NCBI GenBank assembly: GCA_010093995.1
Contig: ML992501.1
Span: 200,560-263,407, forward strand
DNA length: 62,848 nucleotides
Origin: Elsinoe ampelina
Lineage: Eukaryota
Direction: 5' to 3'
Part shown: in pieces, positions 44,168-57,317 of the stretch
Numbering within the stretch: position 1 is the first letter of the stretch
How the letters are laid out: each line of letters starts with the position of its first letter
Translations under genes and position numbers: made by a program
The notes under the pieces: generated by a model
The model's database searches: none
The model's input: only the letters and a program-made list of their open reading frames with translations
What the model was told of the DNA's origin: nothing

Positions 44168-45538
44168 GCAGATCCTGAAGCCGTCTGGCTGATACTTCGC
44201 CATGTCCACGGCGAGCTTCGATGATAGGCTCTATGCACACTACGACAGAACGGATTGGATTGTATTCATCTTTCGCCATCTGACAATACTTCTTCTCGCG
44301 CCAACGAGGACGATACAGCGCGACCGGCCGCCTCCCTGCAGGCAGCTAAGAGATATCCCTAGTCATATCCGAAACTGTAAAGAACGTCGAGACGGCAGTA
44401 CGCTCCTTTGTAATACGACCAGAAGCTCTGGGGGGCAGCTATATATCACACTCGCCATCCAAGCTGTCTTTGGAGCCTTAGTGGTGGCACAAGATTGAGC
44501 CCGTGGTGTCCAACAATGGCGAGAAGCGACACAGCCGCCTCTCCTGGCTACCGCATTACTCACTACTTGCTGTTACATTGTCATGGCTTCTCAGCATTCT
44601 TCTGAAATATGAATGCGTCACCGCCGATACTGGCTTCACTGTCATGCAAGTCAGTGCACTCATTGGCTTCATCATCGCCTGCATTGAACAGAACTACCAT
44701 AGGGATGGGAACATCCGTTGAGCAACAGAACGAACATTGATCGATCGTGCAACCAAAGCCGACAACGGCCATCGCGACGATTGTGACGAGCACTAGGATT
44801 CCATTACAGCAAAGCCAAAGGTGTTGTCGAGTGCATAACCACTGTCCCTGCTTTGAAGACCGTCACACTCTCGGAAGACCGAGAACGAGAGAAACAGAAT
44901 GCGGAGTCCTGGAGATTCGCGACCAAGAGCAGCACTGTTCGATCCGGTCGCTACCGAGTCAGGGTGATTGCTAAGAAAGACTGGAGTGCAGGCACACAGT
45001 GACCCTCGAATAGCCCATGATCCTACCAGAGTCAACTCATGGGGTGTCCAGATGTATCCAGCCTTTTTTGAAGCTCTCCGTGTCAGCCAGCAGGAAAACT
45101 ACCAGCCGAGGCAGGCTGTCGGGACTTTTTGCTGCCCGACAAGAGCGAAGGAGGACTTTCCGTCTCGTTAGACTTGTATCTTTCGAGGAGCGAGGATAGT
45201 TTGCCAATGAATGAACGGTAGAAGGAAAAATCTCGGGACCGATTGCAAGTGCCCGGGGGCGAGGAATGAGATACTACCTGTCGACAGCAGCAGAAGCCTC
45301 GCAACTACCAGGCGGATCCACACTGTTAGGTTTTGTATGGTCACATAATCGCAAGGGAATGCGTGACTCGATAGACACATCTTGCTATCGTGCTGACACG
45401 CTCCGTGGAGAGGCGTCCGCGGTCACTCCCACAACGCCGACCTCATATGCCAGGACCAACCGCATGTAAGCGGCATGTGGTGCAGATCGAAGTGATATTA
45501 TTCAGTCTTGTATATTACTGTCTCATCCGATCACCCAA

Positions 45539-47582
45539 CTAGTGAATGACAACAGCCGTGTGGTCGTCCATGAATTTGGAGATATCTCCAAGGAAGCAAG
45601 CGGCGATGATCGAGACACCACCGAAAGCAATCGAGACGTAGTAGACCCACTTGTAAGCCTCCGCGTATGCAAGACGACCTGCTCCGACGACCAATTCGTA
45701 CGCGAGAGGGTGTCCTTGAATGCCTGGGATCTCCTTCAGGCCTTCGAGGAGCGAGGCTCCTGTGAGCTCGATCGCCTCCTTGATGAGGAGAGGGTTGGTG
45801 ATATTCAACTTAACGACCATCGCGCCACCCACGTAATGTGTAGCTGCTGGGACGAATTTGGAGATGAAGACGTTGTAGTATACAGCATATCCTGTGATGT
45901 TGTTAGTGCCCCTATATCAAAAATTGAGTTTTGGTGGCAAAATCTTACCAACTGAGCCTCCGACGACGCGGATGGCGAGGGTGAGAGCGGCGACGGTGGC
46001 GATCAGGTCATCGGGGCAGACAATCGTTGCCGCAATACTGGCTGGTACCACGATGCCGCCGATGCCGAGTCCAGCTACGATAAGAATTCCCCACATCTGG
46101 TGCAAGTTGTAAGGATTGGCGATGGACATAGCGCCGCATCCAGCGGTCATGAGGACGGAGCTGACGATCATGAGGGACCTAAGCTTGCCCTTGAGTGCAG
46201 TCATGAGCCATAGAACAATGAATGCTCCGGCCAGAATTGCGAACCCAACGGGTAATCCTCGAATTCCGACGCCAATAGGGTCGTGATCGTACATGTTAAA
46301 CGCCTGCGTTGGCCAGAACATCAAGATCGAGAAGAAATTGGCTCAATAGGGACATTAGTAGAGCCTTCAAGTAAGATATGGGCTGCTTACCCAGAGATAA
46401 AAGTGATTACAAGAGTCAAGCCGAGGCTGGGAAAAATGTCAGTTTCTCGGCGGCAGCGACGACGAGGTGAAATCTAAGATTCGCACTCGAGATGTTCACG
46501 ACGTACATTCTCTTGTTCTGGTTCAGGCGAGCTGGGTACATTGGGTTGGCTGCAAATCTTTGCCAGACCACGAAGGCGACGAGCATCACAGCTCCGAGAA
46601 TGAGAGGAACGAGCACATGTGCCGAACCCCAAGGGTACTGATATCCGCCCCACTGTGGGAATGTCAGCTGCTAGTCTCGTTGAGCGCTTTTCTTTATTGG
46701 TTTCATACCTGCATGCCAGCCATGAAGAGGATGAGACCACCAATGCTGAGGAAACCGCCGAGGTAGTCGATCGACTTGACGATCTCCATCTTTGACAAGC
46801 CAGCCGAGTTTGGCCGTGGAGGTGGGTGGTAGAAGATTGCGGTGAAGACGAAACCAATGGCGGCCCAAACGCCACAGACGAGACCAACATATCTCCAGTT
46901 GGCGTAATGGGCGATGAGCTGTCCGTAAAGCACGGATGGGCAGAATGGGATGATGGTGAAAACCAGGATCGCGACGTACTTCCCACGCTTGCGGGTGGGT
47001 GCCATTTCCGAGGTGGCGGCCAAAGCAGTCAGTTCGTTGATACCAGCGCCGGCACCGCTGATGACCATGCCTCCAATGAAGTGGTTCATTGTGTTTGCTG
47101 TCGAGGCGACCACCATACCAATGATCAAGAAGGTAGCACCCATCAAGGCGACATATCGTCGTCCGAGAATGTCCGAGAGCGATCCGACAAAGGGGCAGAC
47201 ACCGGCGAGGGCGAGCAGATTTCCGAGGACGAACCAGATCCATCTGTCGGCACCACCAATGTCACCGTAGATTATAGGCGGGATACCTCCGAACAGGTAG
47301 ACGGGGATTTGGGAACCAGTCCAAAGAAAGGCCATGGCAACCAAGGCCATGAAGCGGCGGAAAGTCATTTTCGGCTCATGATCATGATCTGGTACGTATT
47401 AGCAAGATCACTGCGAGAAAGTACGACATCTGCTCACCCTCGCCGTCACCGTATGTTCGGAGGCCATCCTTCTCGTAGTAGTTGGAGTGACCCGGTACTC
47501 TCTCGTTAGTGTGGATCTGCTCGACTTGCTGGACAGCAGCCTTCTCGGTGGATGAGGCACCAGAGCTCGATGTGCGTTCCAT
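45539..47582 (-). CDS. MFS efflux transporter, TRI12 (fungal trichothecene efflux pump)-like family, multi-exon
   Basis: N-terminal YYEKDGLRTYGDG, AMAFLWTGSQIP, MFS motif GSLSDILGRR, ELTALAATSEMAPTRKRG, FYHPPPR, IDYLGGFLS, AYAEAYKWVYYVSIAFG. Several GT-AG introns, whose boundaries were not all resolved. Confidence 0.88.
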
Positions 47583-48952
47583 GACTGATGAGAATGCGGA
47601 ATGAAAAGAGGTTGACTGGGGTATGGGGAGGGCGGAGGAAAAGAGTGTTTATACACTGCAGGGTCGCAGATCAATGAGCCGCGGTGAGAGATACATTGCT
47701 ACGTCTGAACCACGCACCTTCTGACACGGTCGTGTCGGTGAACCATCGATTGACAAACGGCGCCAGCGCCGCAACTGTGGTGGACATGACAGAACCCTCG
47801 CACAAAGATGCTTCAGGTTCGCGAAGGAGGCGTCCAAAGCGGACTCGTGGGGGCCCGGGTACCATGCCAGACTGAGACTAGGAAGGGTGGGACGGAAGGA
47901 CTAGACGCTGCTAGACGGTTTGCCGCGACGGTCAAGCATCAGGATTGACCCAGAAATGCCTCGGTAGGGAGAGTTAAGCTTCGAGCATGAAATGGTTAAG
48001 ATTCAGCATCGACCAGGCATTGTCAGAGCTGCACGGGGCTGGAACCAGAAGCACGCGTGACCTCCCATAGTTGTGGACTGCCTGAGTTTGGGGCTCTTTG
48101 TTTGGACTCTTCCAGTGGTGTTCGTCGCCGCAGGGACGTCTCGTTGAGCGATTTGATCAAAAATTGAAAGATCGCCAGTCGGCACCAGCACATCCGCGAA
48201 TCACCCCGCTCATCCCCTTGCCGCAAGGGAACAGAGGGATCATCTCCTTTCTCCAACGGTGGGCCGGTTCCTGCCAGGAAAAGTTGGCCACTCAGAGGTG
48301 GCCACTATCCATTCGGGTTGATATTCAGTCGCAACCAGTCCGCGGATCAGTCGGCGAAGTGAATTGTATGCCACAGATGCCTCGGCAGGATGCGTCTGGC
48401 GGATATCTCTCGTCCAGTTCCATCGATCTGGGCGAAGAATTGCTTGTTCCAACAGTACGGCTTGGGTCAGACAGAGGCTGAATTGGGTCGGTTGTTAGAT
48501 CTATTCGCGAGGCACGATTCCCACGGATATGGTCCAACAGCTGGAGGACACTTTGTCACTCTGAGTGGAGCTGAAATTGCAGGCCCTATGGGTATGAGAC
48601 ACGTCCACGTGACCTGATTTTGGACGTCTTCAGCCATGTCAAATGACACTGCTGGTTTAGGCGTATGTCACACAAGCTGCAGCCCGTCTGAATGGCAGTG
48701 CTTCATCTCCTCGTCGTTCGCTTCCAGCTTTGTCTTTCATTAGACACGAATAGACTTCTGTTTGCCCTCACGTGAGAACACGCCCACCAATTTCCCCGCT
48801 TCGATCCGCTCGGCAGAACACGTTATGTCTCAGTCGATCTGTTGAATTTGCTTTTACATATTCTGAGAACCACAAAGGTGTCAAAATGGCCGAGGCATCA
48901 TTGGACTGAATGTGCGGTGAATGATTTCAACACTCAAAAGCGTTGAGGGATA

Positions 48953-51091
48953 ATGTCTAGACACGTTGATGCACACCGAAGAAGCCGGGCAGCGACGCCA
49001 CCAGCCGATGCACACCAGGTCGACCTCGATAGCCCTCCTATCCATGCTGGACGACCTTCCAGTGGATCAGCGGGTTTCTTCCAAGAGCCTCCTCGTTTAC
49101 CGAACCCATTCGAGGACGTCACCTTCCAGCGTGTGCTCAGTCGTAGGTCTCACTCTATTTTTACGCTGTTTCTTTTTCTGGTGACCACATGTGTCTAGGG
49201 CACGATGAACAATCCCGAGATCTGTGTTTCAAGATGAACTCTCTTTATGCGAGATACGAGATCTATACTGTTTGTACGATTGGAAAACTGATGCATTGCG
49301 GCAGTACTGCTACCCACTTCTGTTCAGAGTGCAATTGCACCAGAGCTCGTCCGCTTTGGCGAACTCACCCTTTCACCCGAAATATTGCGATTGAACGTCG
49401 ACGCCGAGAACAATGCACCAAGTATAGAGCCTCTTGACTCTTTCGGACGACCCAAGAATGCTCTAAACACTTCCGAAGGATGGCGACACCTGACGGCAGT
49501 GCACCACCGAGAAGGACTCGTTGCTACTGGCTATCAAGACATATACGGCCACAATGACCGTCTTCGCCAGTTTCTCAAGACCTTCCTATGGTCACCCTCA
49601 AGTGGTGGCGTCACCTGTCCAGCAGCAATGCAAGATGGTGCCGCCGCCCTCCTCACTCGACTCCTCTCCGATCCCGCGGCGAATACAGTAGATGACAAGG
49701 CTCTGCCTGTTCTACGCTCAGCGCTCGGCCGCCTCACATCTCGGGACCCTGCTCAAGCCTGGACCAGTGGCCAATGGATGACCGAACGGCCTGGTGGCTC
49801 CGACGTACGAAACACCGAAACGCTCGCATCGCTTTCCCGCACGAATACGACCAGCAGGGCGTCCGATGGATCAGAGCTAGGCCCATACTCCATCTCAGGC
49901 TTCAAATGGTTCTCATCCGCTACAGACGCCAACATGACCGTCCTTTTGGCTAAAACGCCTGGCCATGACAGTCCCTCGCTCTTCTTCGCCCCCGTTCACC
50001 GCACCACGAACAGCCAGGCAGGTACCTCGCAGAGCCTTCAGCACAACGGTATCGTGCTCTCACGACTCAAGTCCAAGCTGGGCACCCGGTCCCTCCCTAC
50101 CGCGGAGCTGATCCTGCGAGACTGCCGCGGATACCTACTCGGCAAAGAGGGCCAAGGTGTCAAGGAGATCAGCACTGTGCTTAACATCACTCGCTTACAC
50201 AACGCTGTTGGTGCTGTCTCGGCATGGTCGCGGGCTCTAGCAGTAGCCAGAGCTTGGAGCCAAGTCCGCAGCACCGGCGGCAAGAAGCTGGAGTTGTGGG
50301 AGAGTCATGTAAAGGGCTTGGCAGATCAGACTGTAGGATACCATGTTGCCACACTGGGCGTCTTCTTCGGCGTTGGTCTGTTAGGAAGGGTGGAGCATGC
50401 CGCGATCCAGGGCAGGATGGCGAGGCGCAGGGTGGAGGAGAGGGTAGAGAGATTGTTCCCCAAAGAAACCAAAGACCAGGAACGGCTTCTGAGGCTCTTG
50501 ACCCCTGTGCTGAAGGCAACCACAGCATTGAAGGGGATCGAGGGTGTAAGAAGCTGCCTGGAAAGTATGGGTGGCGTCGGCTACCTGGAGAACACGGAGG
50601 TAGAGATCAATCTCGCAAAGCTCTTGAGGGACACCATGGTCTTGTCCATTTGGGAGGGCACAACAGAAGTGATGGCACTCGACGTGGTCAGAGTCTTGAA
50701 AGGCAGAGATGGCAGCGAGGTCTTAAGCGGCCTTGAACGGTGGATAAAAGCTGTTTCGGCGGAGTGGAAGGACGACAGCGAAGCATTGACCACAAGATCG
50801 AGGCGGTGGGTGATGCAAAAGGCCACAGATCTACGCCGACTGGCCGCGAGAGATGGGCAAGAACTTGCCTACCAGGCCAGACAACTACTGGTAGTCATTG
50901 AAGAGATTCTTGGAACGATCCTTGTAGTTGAAGATGCTCAACGCGACGGCAATGCTAGAAGTACCAGTATAGCCCGGAGATGGATCGATACTCGGATACC
51001 ACCCAGCACACGACGTAGCTGGAGAAAAGAGGCTGAAGTGGACAGCCTCATCGTATTCAGCAAGCAAGCAGCTGGTCGGTCCAAACTATGA
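48953..51091 (+). CDS. Acyl-CoA dehydrogenase (AidB/ACAD11-like), peroxisomal (-SKL), 2 exons
   Basis: Exon 1 (GFFQEPPRLPNPF) joins via intron 49143-49304. Motifs TCPAAMQDGA, WTSGQWMTERPGGSDV, GFKWFSSA, LKSKLGTRSLPTAEL, ESMGGVGYLE, SIWEGTT. Ends in SKL*. Confidence 0.92.
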
Positions 51092-52892
51092 TCTTCGGCA
51101 ACGGCTCGATTTTCATCGATTTCAGCCAGCCGCCTTGCACAAGGGCTGACAAATCAATGAAGACAACAGCCGGCAAAGAGTCCATGAAAGTAGTCATCGT
51201 CTGCACCGAGACCGAGGTCTGCGCAAACGTCGGAAGGGCGCTCGGGACACTGTGATGCGTCATGGAGACCTCGATGTTCTCTACGTGTGAGATGACTCGA
51301 CCATGGTGTGGGAAGAGAACCACATGTGAGGAGCGAGCCACATGTAAGTCAGAGGTGGCCACCCTCACAAGTCCCAAAATAGCAAAAACAAGGTCTAACG
51401 ACCCCCAAACCCGCCTCGTAACGAGTCTCGCGTGAGAATCGAACATACGCCCTGAAGAGGGACGGCAAAGGGTTGTGCGATCTTTCAAGGAGAGGCATGA
51501 TCAAGCGCCGCCCAGATGGGCCGGAGAGACACTAAGGGTACACCCGACCGCAGCGAGTAGTACGCCAGCGTCATTCGAGGGAGAGAAGCGGTTTCAATGT
51601 ATATGTACTGATAGTGGCCTCCACATGATAGGTTGTAGATGCACATGCTGTTCGTCCTGCACGTTTCATCACCTGCCAGTCGTGACCTATTCAGGAGCCA
51701 TCTTGGACACACTCGTGAATCTTGATCTCGTAGCAAATAGGGATCAAAACATGCATGTACCAAATATGTCCCTTCTTTTCACAATGTCCTTCGGTTGACT
51801 CAGATGATGAATCATTCAACGCATGTGCGGCGGTTTGTACGTCTCGGCGGCGGCATGGCGCTGTGATTTATTGACAGACCCCGCTGTCGTCGAAGTGTTG
51901 GCTGCTCCGGATCCGGGATTGTGGTTGGCGTTTGCACTGATGGTAGAGTCGTGACTGACAAGATCATTGCCACCATCGGTGCTGGTTTTCTGGACAGCTG
52001 TAGGACTGGCCCGCCCTTCTGTGTGACCATGGGTACGGTCGGGCGCTTCATCCAATTCCATTTCGTCATCGATTGTCATATTATAGAGGCGCGAGATTGA
52101 AGCCTCATTCTTGAAAATGTTGTGTACGGAATTGTCGAAGGCAAGATCGGCGTCGGCGATGTCCTTGGTGGCTGAGTTGACAATTTCATTGTGCTCGGCC
52201 ATTACTCGCTCCCTCTCCTGCATCGCGGTCTCGAGGCGGAGGTTGGCTTCTCTGGCTGCATCTGCATTATGCTTGGCGTCGCTATTGGAACAAGGTTGAT
52301 CCTGGTACTTTATAGAGCTCGTAGGTCTGTTGTGAGATGCGGAAGCTTTTGTGTCGAGGGCAACATATTGCTGGTGCGACCGAGTGTTCTCGTGGTCTAG
52401 GGGGGAAGCCTCCTTGCAGAGTTGGTATAGTCGTGATGGAACTTTGCAATGAGGCCAGCTTCGTGTCTCATGTGAGGATCAGCTGATGCGTGTGACGGGA
52501 TATCTAGGTTGAATCTGTAAACATACGATTGAGATGAGTGCCCATAGTTGAAAAAAGGACGTCTTGGGCGTGTCTTAACAGCGAGCTGTCGGTGATTCAG
52601 CGAGGCTTGTTCAGGCTCGTATGCTTGCCAATCCAGCAAAGGAAAGCTTGTGGTACCTGCGGGGCATGACTTTAGGGTACATGCTCGCTTCCCCCTTGGA
52701 CCATCTGTTAGACTGCATACTAACCTAAGGGGAAGACCTTGCCTGGACCTACTATGTGGCCTTGGCTTTGACTTGCGTCGAAGGTCCTTCTCTTGCCACC
52801 AAGCTCACGCTCGCTTTGACCTTTCCCTGCGCGATGCGCCTGACCTTTCGCCTCACCGATCTTCAGATTTCCTGTGCGGACCACAGCTTGCA

Positions 52893-55139
52893 CTATGTGT
52901 TGGAAGATGTCTTCGTGTACAATGCAGGCCTGATGCAGGCTCTCTTGCTCGACCGCTTTGTGACGTCCTTCTTCATCGATACGCCATCTTGTTTTCTGGC
53001 CCGATCTAGCTTCACATGCTTCACATCGTCGGTGTCCGGTACGGGCTTCGGTTTGTTCCCTTGATCCACTCTGTTCCTTCTCACACCTTTAGCAAGTTGT
53101 TGTGCCTTGCGGGCAAGGAATTGACGTTTGTTCCTTCCACATGGATGACAGATCGGGCCGTCCGCACAGTATCCCGTCCGCCGTGGATGCTCTTCACCCT
53201 CCACAAACCGATCTTCTTTCACGATACAATCCGAATGCCTCCGCCACGAGCATACCACGCGTATGCTCCTGTTCCTACGATCATTCGCAGCCCGCTCAAC
53301 ATTTGCGTGCTCCTCCACCGTTCCCTTCTCTTTGCGAATTGCACATGCTGTGCAAAGTGTGGCGCCATCGACAACTTCGAGACGCATCATCGAGTCCCCG
53401 ATGCCGCACGTCGCGCAGGTCAATGTTATTCTTGTGACTGGATCCCTGCGCAATTTGTCGAAGTCGTACAGATCGTTTGCGACCTTCTTATCGAGTTCTG
53501 TCCTCGGTGCATGGCCATGCTTATGATCCATACGTGCAGCCTCATAGCACCTCCGGCAACGACGCTTGAGATCGGCATGGAAGACTAGCAGCCTCCGATC
53601 ACCGGTGATGTTTTCGGCTGCTCCGCAGTCTGCACAATGTACGCCCTTTTGACCGAGTCTAGACTTTTGCAAGGAGATCTTCGCACGCATAGCAGCGATG
53701 CGCCTGTTCGACGGTAGTTCCTCCCTGTATTCCAGGATATCGTAACACGTGCCGCAAAGTAGACGTTTGGGGTGTTTCTCGTGGACGCGGTGAATACTAC
53801 ACCTTCTTGGTTCCGTCGAGTTTCTCTTGAAGCTCTGACTCCTTCACTCCACAATGGGAGCATTTGGGATCGATCTCTGTACATCCCTGGCGCATCTCCA
53901 TATATCGGGTATGCCGCTTGACTTCCTCCTCGCCCGGGAGGCGTCCGCCCTTCATCTTTCTGTAAGAATGACAGAATCCACAGTAATGACCGTCCTCTAT
54001 TGGATTTGTGTCATTGGCGATGAATCGCTTGCTGGATCCCGCTGGTCGTTGTGCGTGCGGGAATGTTTTTGCATTGCGCTTTGGGTTTACGCATTGTGTG
54101 ATCTGATACCTCTTGGGGTCATAAAGGATCTGCGATGATGGCAGGGCACGATTGTAACCGTGCCACTCTGAGTCAGGAAGGCCAGCGCGACGTTTCACCT
54201 CGTCTGCAAAATCGAACATCCCTTCTGGTAGGACGTTATTATACCAATCAGGGCGCGAGAGCGAGCCGATGAAGATGATAAGTATACCCTCACTAAGCTT
54301 CACGTAAGCATCGGATATCTCTGAACCCCGGCTGACATTCGCCCGCCACCAGAAACTACCACCCAGTCGTTTCAGCTCCTGTATCTGCTGGTAGAAGTGA
54401 CTACCATCAGTCTCATCGAAGGGGGCTTCATGCTCCCGAAGAGGAGCATACAATGTCCGTCCAGTTAATCCTCCATACGCATATGCATGCAGAATTTCAT
54501 ATCTTAGTCTTGGCGATCAAGAGGCTCAAGAAGACCAAGGTGTGCGTACAGAGAGGTACCAGTTTTGTCATTGATTGGATCTTGAGAAGTACTGATTCTC
54601 TTAGACAACGACAGGAACTGGTGTGCGTACAGAGAGGTACCAGTTTTGTCATTGATTGGATCTTGAGAAGTACTGATTCTCTTAGACAACGACAGGAGTT
54701 CCTTGAGATCGAGCCGTGGACGAGCTCCTCATAAGCTTCGGATGTCTCCGCTGATGGCATTCTCGCTGAAATTGAACATGAAATTCACTGCTGTCTTGCG
54801 CATGAGTTGGCAGAAGTGCAGCTCCTTTGGCCGCTCCTGTGCTCTCGTGTCCGGATCAATCTCGATGGCAGTACCGAACGTGGCTTCGATCACCTTGTAC
54901 CATTCACGTCTGAACGCCATGAGATTGGCCATGTGTTCGTTGGAGAATGTCGAGGGCCGACTACAAGGTGGAAGCTCATTTCGCAAATGGTGCGCCTCGG
55001 AAACGGAGCAATCTCGGGCAGATCTCGGACTCTTTACTGCCGAACCTGAGACGACGTGTGACAGGAAATCGCCAAACAATGCCATCAACGTTCTGCACAG
55101 CGACACGGAAATCATCACATACAGTCTCATTAGTAGCAT
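52893..55139 (-). pseudogene. Disrupted GIY-YIG-like endonuclease + tandem CxxC...CxxC (GATA-like) zinc-finger gene
   Basis: ORF pieces 54729-55139, 54504-54689, 53797-54453 and 52893-53690 can be joined through an in-frame TGA (54729-54731), a frameshift at ~54510 and a +1 frameshift at ~53800-53850. The join gives SLYAH...YAYGGLTGRTLYAPLREH...SEG...GYNRALP followed by 4-5 Cys-pair fingers. The 5' limit is uncertain. Confidence 0.6.
54539..54700. repeat. Near-perfect 81-bp tandem duplication
   Basis: ggtgtgcgtacagagaggtacc...ttagacaacgacagga begins at 54539 and again at 54620. The copies are identical over 78 bp, and the 81-bp period (27 codons) preserves frame. Confidence 0.95.
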
Positions 55140-55800
55140 GTGTCTACAGAGAGCCTAGCGAATGTGTGTTGTACTTCTAGCGGCTTTGCCCACATAATCC
55201 ACGACATGCCGCAAGCGAATCCACACAAGCAAATCATCAAATACGACGCAGCATTATCACTTCCTTCAGTTTCATCGGATCGCAATTACTACCAGCTATA
55301 TCGATGGCTTGAAAACTAGACTATACAGACCCAATTGGGGCGTATAGCATTGCTGTAGCTGGTAATTATAATGGGCCCATCGCCGATATTCTATCATCCC
55401 GACTCTGAATACCAACACTTTCGTACCAGGAAATTTCCTGATCGCCAAATCTTCATCTGCAAGCATTCTGACTGGAGCTACTGGGGTCACTGGCTCACAT
55501 GATGGAATCTGCCGTAGTTACTACCACAACAGCCTCGCCTGGTAGGACCTCGTAGGGTGGAGCCCCCCAGGAGCCTCCCATGACAGCATCTCCCGGGAGT
55601 GCTAGCCCGAGAGCGACCTCTGACAGCCCTCCTTTAATCAGATGTCTGCGGTGGCTTGCCCGGGAGCCTTTCCCCTCTGGTAGGATCTCTTGCGAATACT
55701 ACCAGAGGGGCTGCGGGGTCGCCTCGTAGCACTAACAGTGAGATGTGTAGAAAGAAGTCCATGTTATTAGAGGCCATCACTATCTACGCTATAGTATCGT

Positions 55801-56310
55801 TACCTCATCGATTGCTTCGACCTTCTATACCGACCTCTGAGTAGCTCCAGCTTGCAGCCTCTGATCTTGCGACCAAGTTGATCGTGATTCTTTAGGAAAT
55901 CTTTTCGCCAGGCCCTTTCACAGCATCAGCATGGTATTAGTTGAGAGCCGAATGATAGATATACCTCCTTTGATATCTTCTTCCTTCTCCTCTTCGAACA
56001 GAGGCTCGCCAGCATCGACCTTCTGACGAATATCGAGAATCATGTGGTCGAAGGAAGCGACGCCTGTGGCAAGTATGAGTACAATTCTCGGTATCTGTCG
56101 CGTCTACTTACCGGAGATCAAGATGATTTTGAGGTCGCGCTCTTGACCTCCGGCTTTGAGAAAGTTGTACATGGAGGGGACCAGTGTCTTCATATACTAC
56201 ATCACATTAGCTGGCGGGGCATTCTTTGTGCGATTTGAAGACTGAACTCGATTTCAAGGTCCATCGACTGCTGGAGATCCATGGCAGATGCTACTTGACT
56301 GGTGGGCATG
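55801..56310 (-). CDS. Possible small multi-exon orphan gene or remnant
   Basis: Splice-like signals on the minus strand (ctaat...tag acceptor at ~56197, gtaagt donor at ~56111, cag acceptor at ~56064, gtatat donor) flank open exons YMKTLVPSMYNFLKAGGQERDLKIILISG and VASFDHMILDIRQKVDAGEPLFEEEKEEDIK. Start and last-exon phase are unresolved. Confidence 0.3.
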
Positions 56311-56770
56311 GCGTGCAGCTGGTGTGATGCAGTCCGGATGGTCAGGACGAGATCCGTTCTTCCCGGAAAACTAAAGTTGAGGACGAGTATCGCCAGAAAT
56401 ATTGATGGAGGGTGATGTGACGTAATTATCATGTAGGCAAGTACAGTGTGTATGGTTGACAATGCGAAGGGGCGCGTGCGCCATTTCCCTATTCGCAGCC
56501 CACCAAAGGATCCACTTTACTGGATCACCACATGCTTGCGGCGATCACGACCAATAGCGGCAGATCACCATTGAGGCTGATATTGTAGGCCTGCTGATAA
56601 CCCCATGGCTTTGACATAAAGACTGACACTCACCCACGTCGAGACTTGCATTTCTCCACGTACTCACCAACCATATATTTGCATACCACCAACATCCGAC
56701 ACGAGCTTCGGATATCGCGTCACATAGTCGTGCTCTCACGCTCGCTCTGTACACTCCTCTCTCCCAGAAC

Positions 56771-57317
56771 ATGGATTTCGCCAACTTTGCCAACGGCTTC
56801 AAGAGAAGGGGGTCTACTTTTCGCCAATTCGTCTACTATGAGGATCACAGGAAGGTATGTGCTACTCCAGTTTGCTTGCAGAAGCCAATCTGACCACCGT
56901 ACAGCTCCAGAGGGACATTCGCAGGGCCATCAGGACTTATGTCAAGAGTGGCGCAGATGATCAAGACTGCATTGCGGTTTTTGTCAACAGTATCAGGTTG
57001 CCTCACTTGGAAATTTCGAATCATCTCTGACCAGTATACAGTTGTCGCTGATCTGGATACGTATCTGAAACACTTTCACCATGGTGTACGTGCTGACATG
57101 GACGCCACTCGGAGGTCGCTGACACGCCACAGGTTCTGAAGATGAAGACGATGAGGATGATGTCGAGTTGAACAACGAGGCCGGTGAAGTTGATGTCGAG
57201 GGCGAGGGCGAGGGCGAGGGCGAGGGCGAGGAGGAGGGTGAGAGTGAGGATGAGACTAGCAACGGTGAGGGCGAGGGCGAAGGTGAGACCGGCGATGATG
57301 CTGCAATGAAGAAGTAG
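56771..57317 (+). CDS. Small spliced orphan protein with acidic (EG)n tail
   Basis: MDFANFANGFKRRGSTFRQFVYYEDHRK|LQRDIRRAIRTYVKSG... Three short putative introns (gtatgt..cag, gtatca..cag, gtgtac..cag) join to GSEDEDDEDDVE...EGEGEG...AMKK*. (GAGGGC)5 lies at 57198-57227. Confidence 0.45.

Noticed and set aside
44200..45500. Short ORFs between the membrane-protein gene and the MFS gene
   Set aside because: All are under 100 aa with no recognisable motif, and no convincing spliced model could be assembled by eye.
13805..47509. Many long antisense/overlapping ORFs (e.g. 13805-14815, 17330-18208, 33821-35272, 38909-39613, 46826-47509)
   Set aside because: Shadow frames of GC-rich, codon-biased genes on the opposite strand.
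41431..51091. Possible secondary-metabolite cluster around the TRI12-like MFS, GAD and acyl-CoA dehydrogenase
   Set aside because: No PKS, NRPS, terpene synthase, P450 or pathway-specific regulator nearby; these are widespread stand-alone genes.
53797..53850. Programmed frameshift or micro-intron joining the zinc-finger ORFs
   Set aside because: No slippery heptamer and no intron of plausible length with a branch site. Other lesions in the same gene favour simple pseudogenisation.
54539..54700. CRISPR-like reading of the direct repeat
   Set aside because: Only two adjacent copies with no spacer, in a eukaryotic context.
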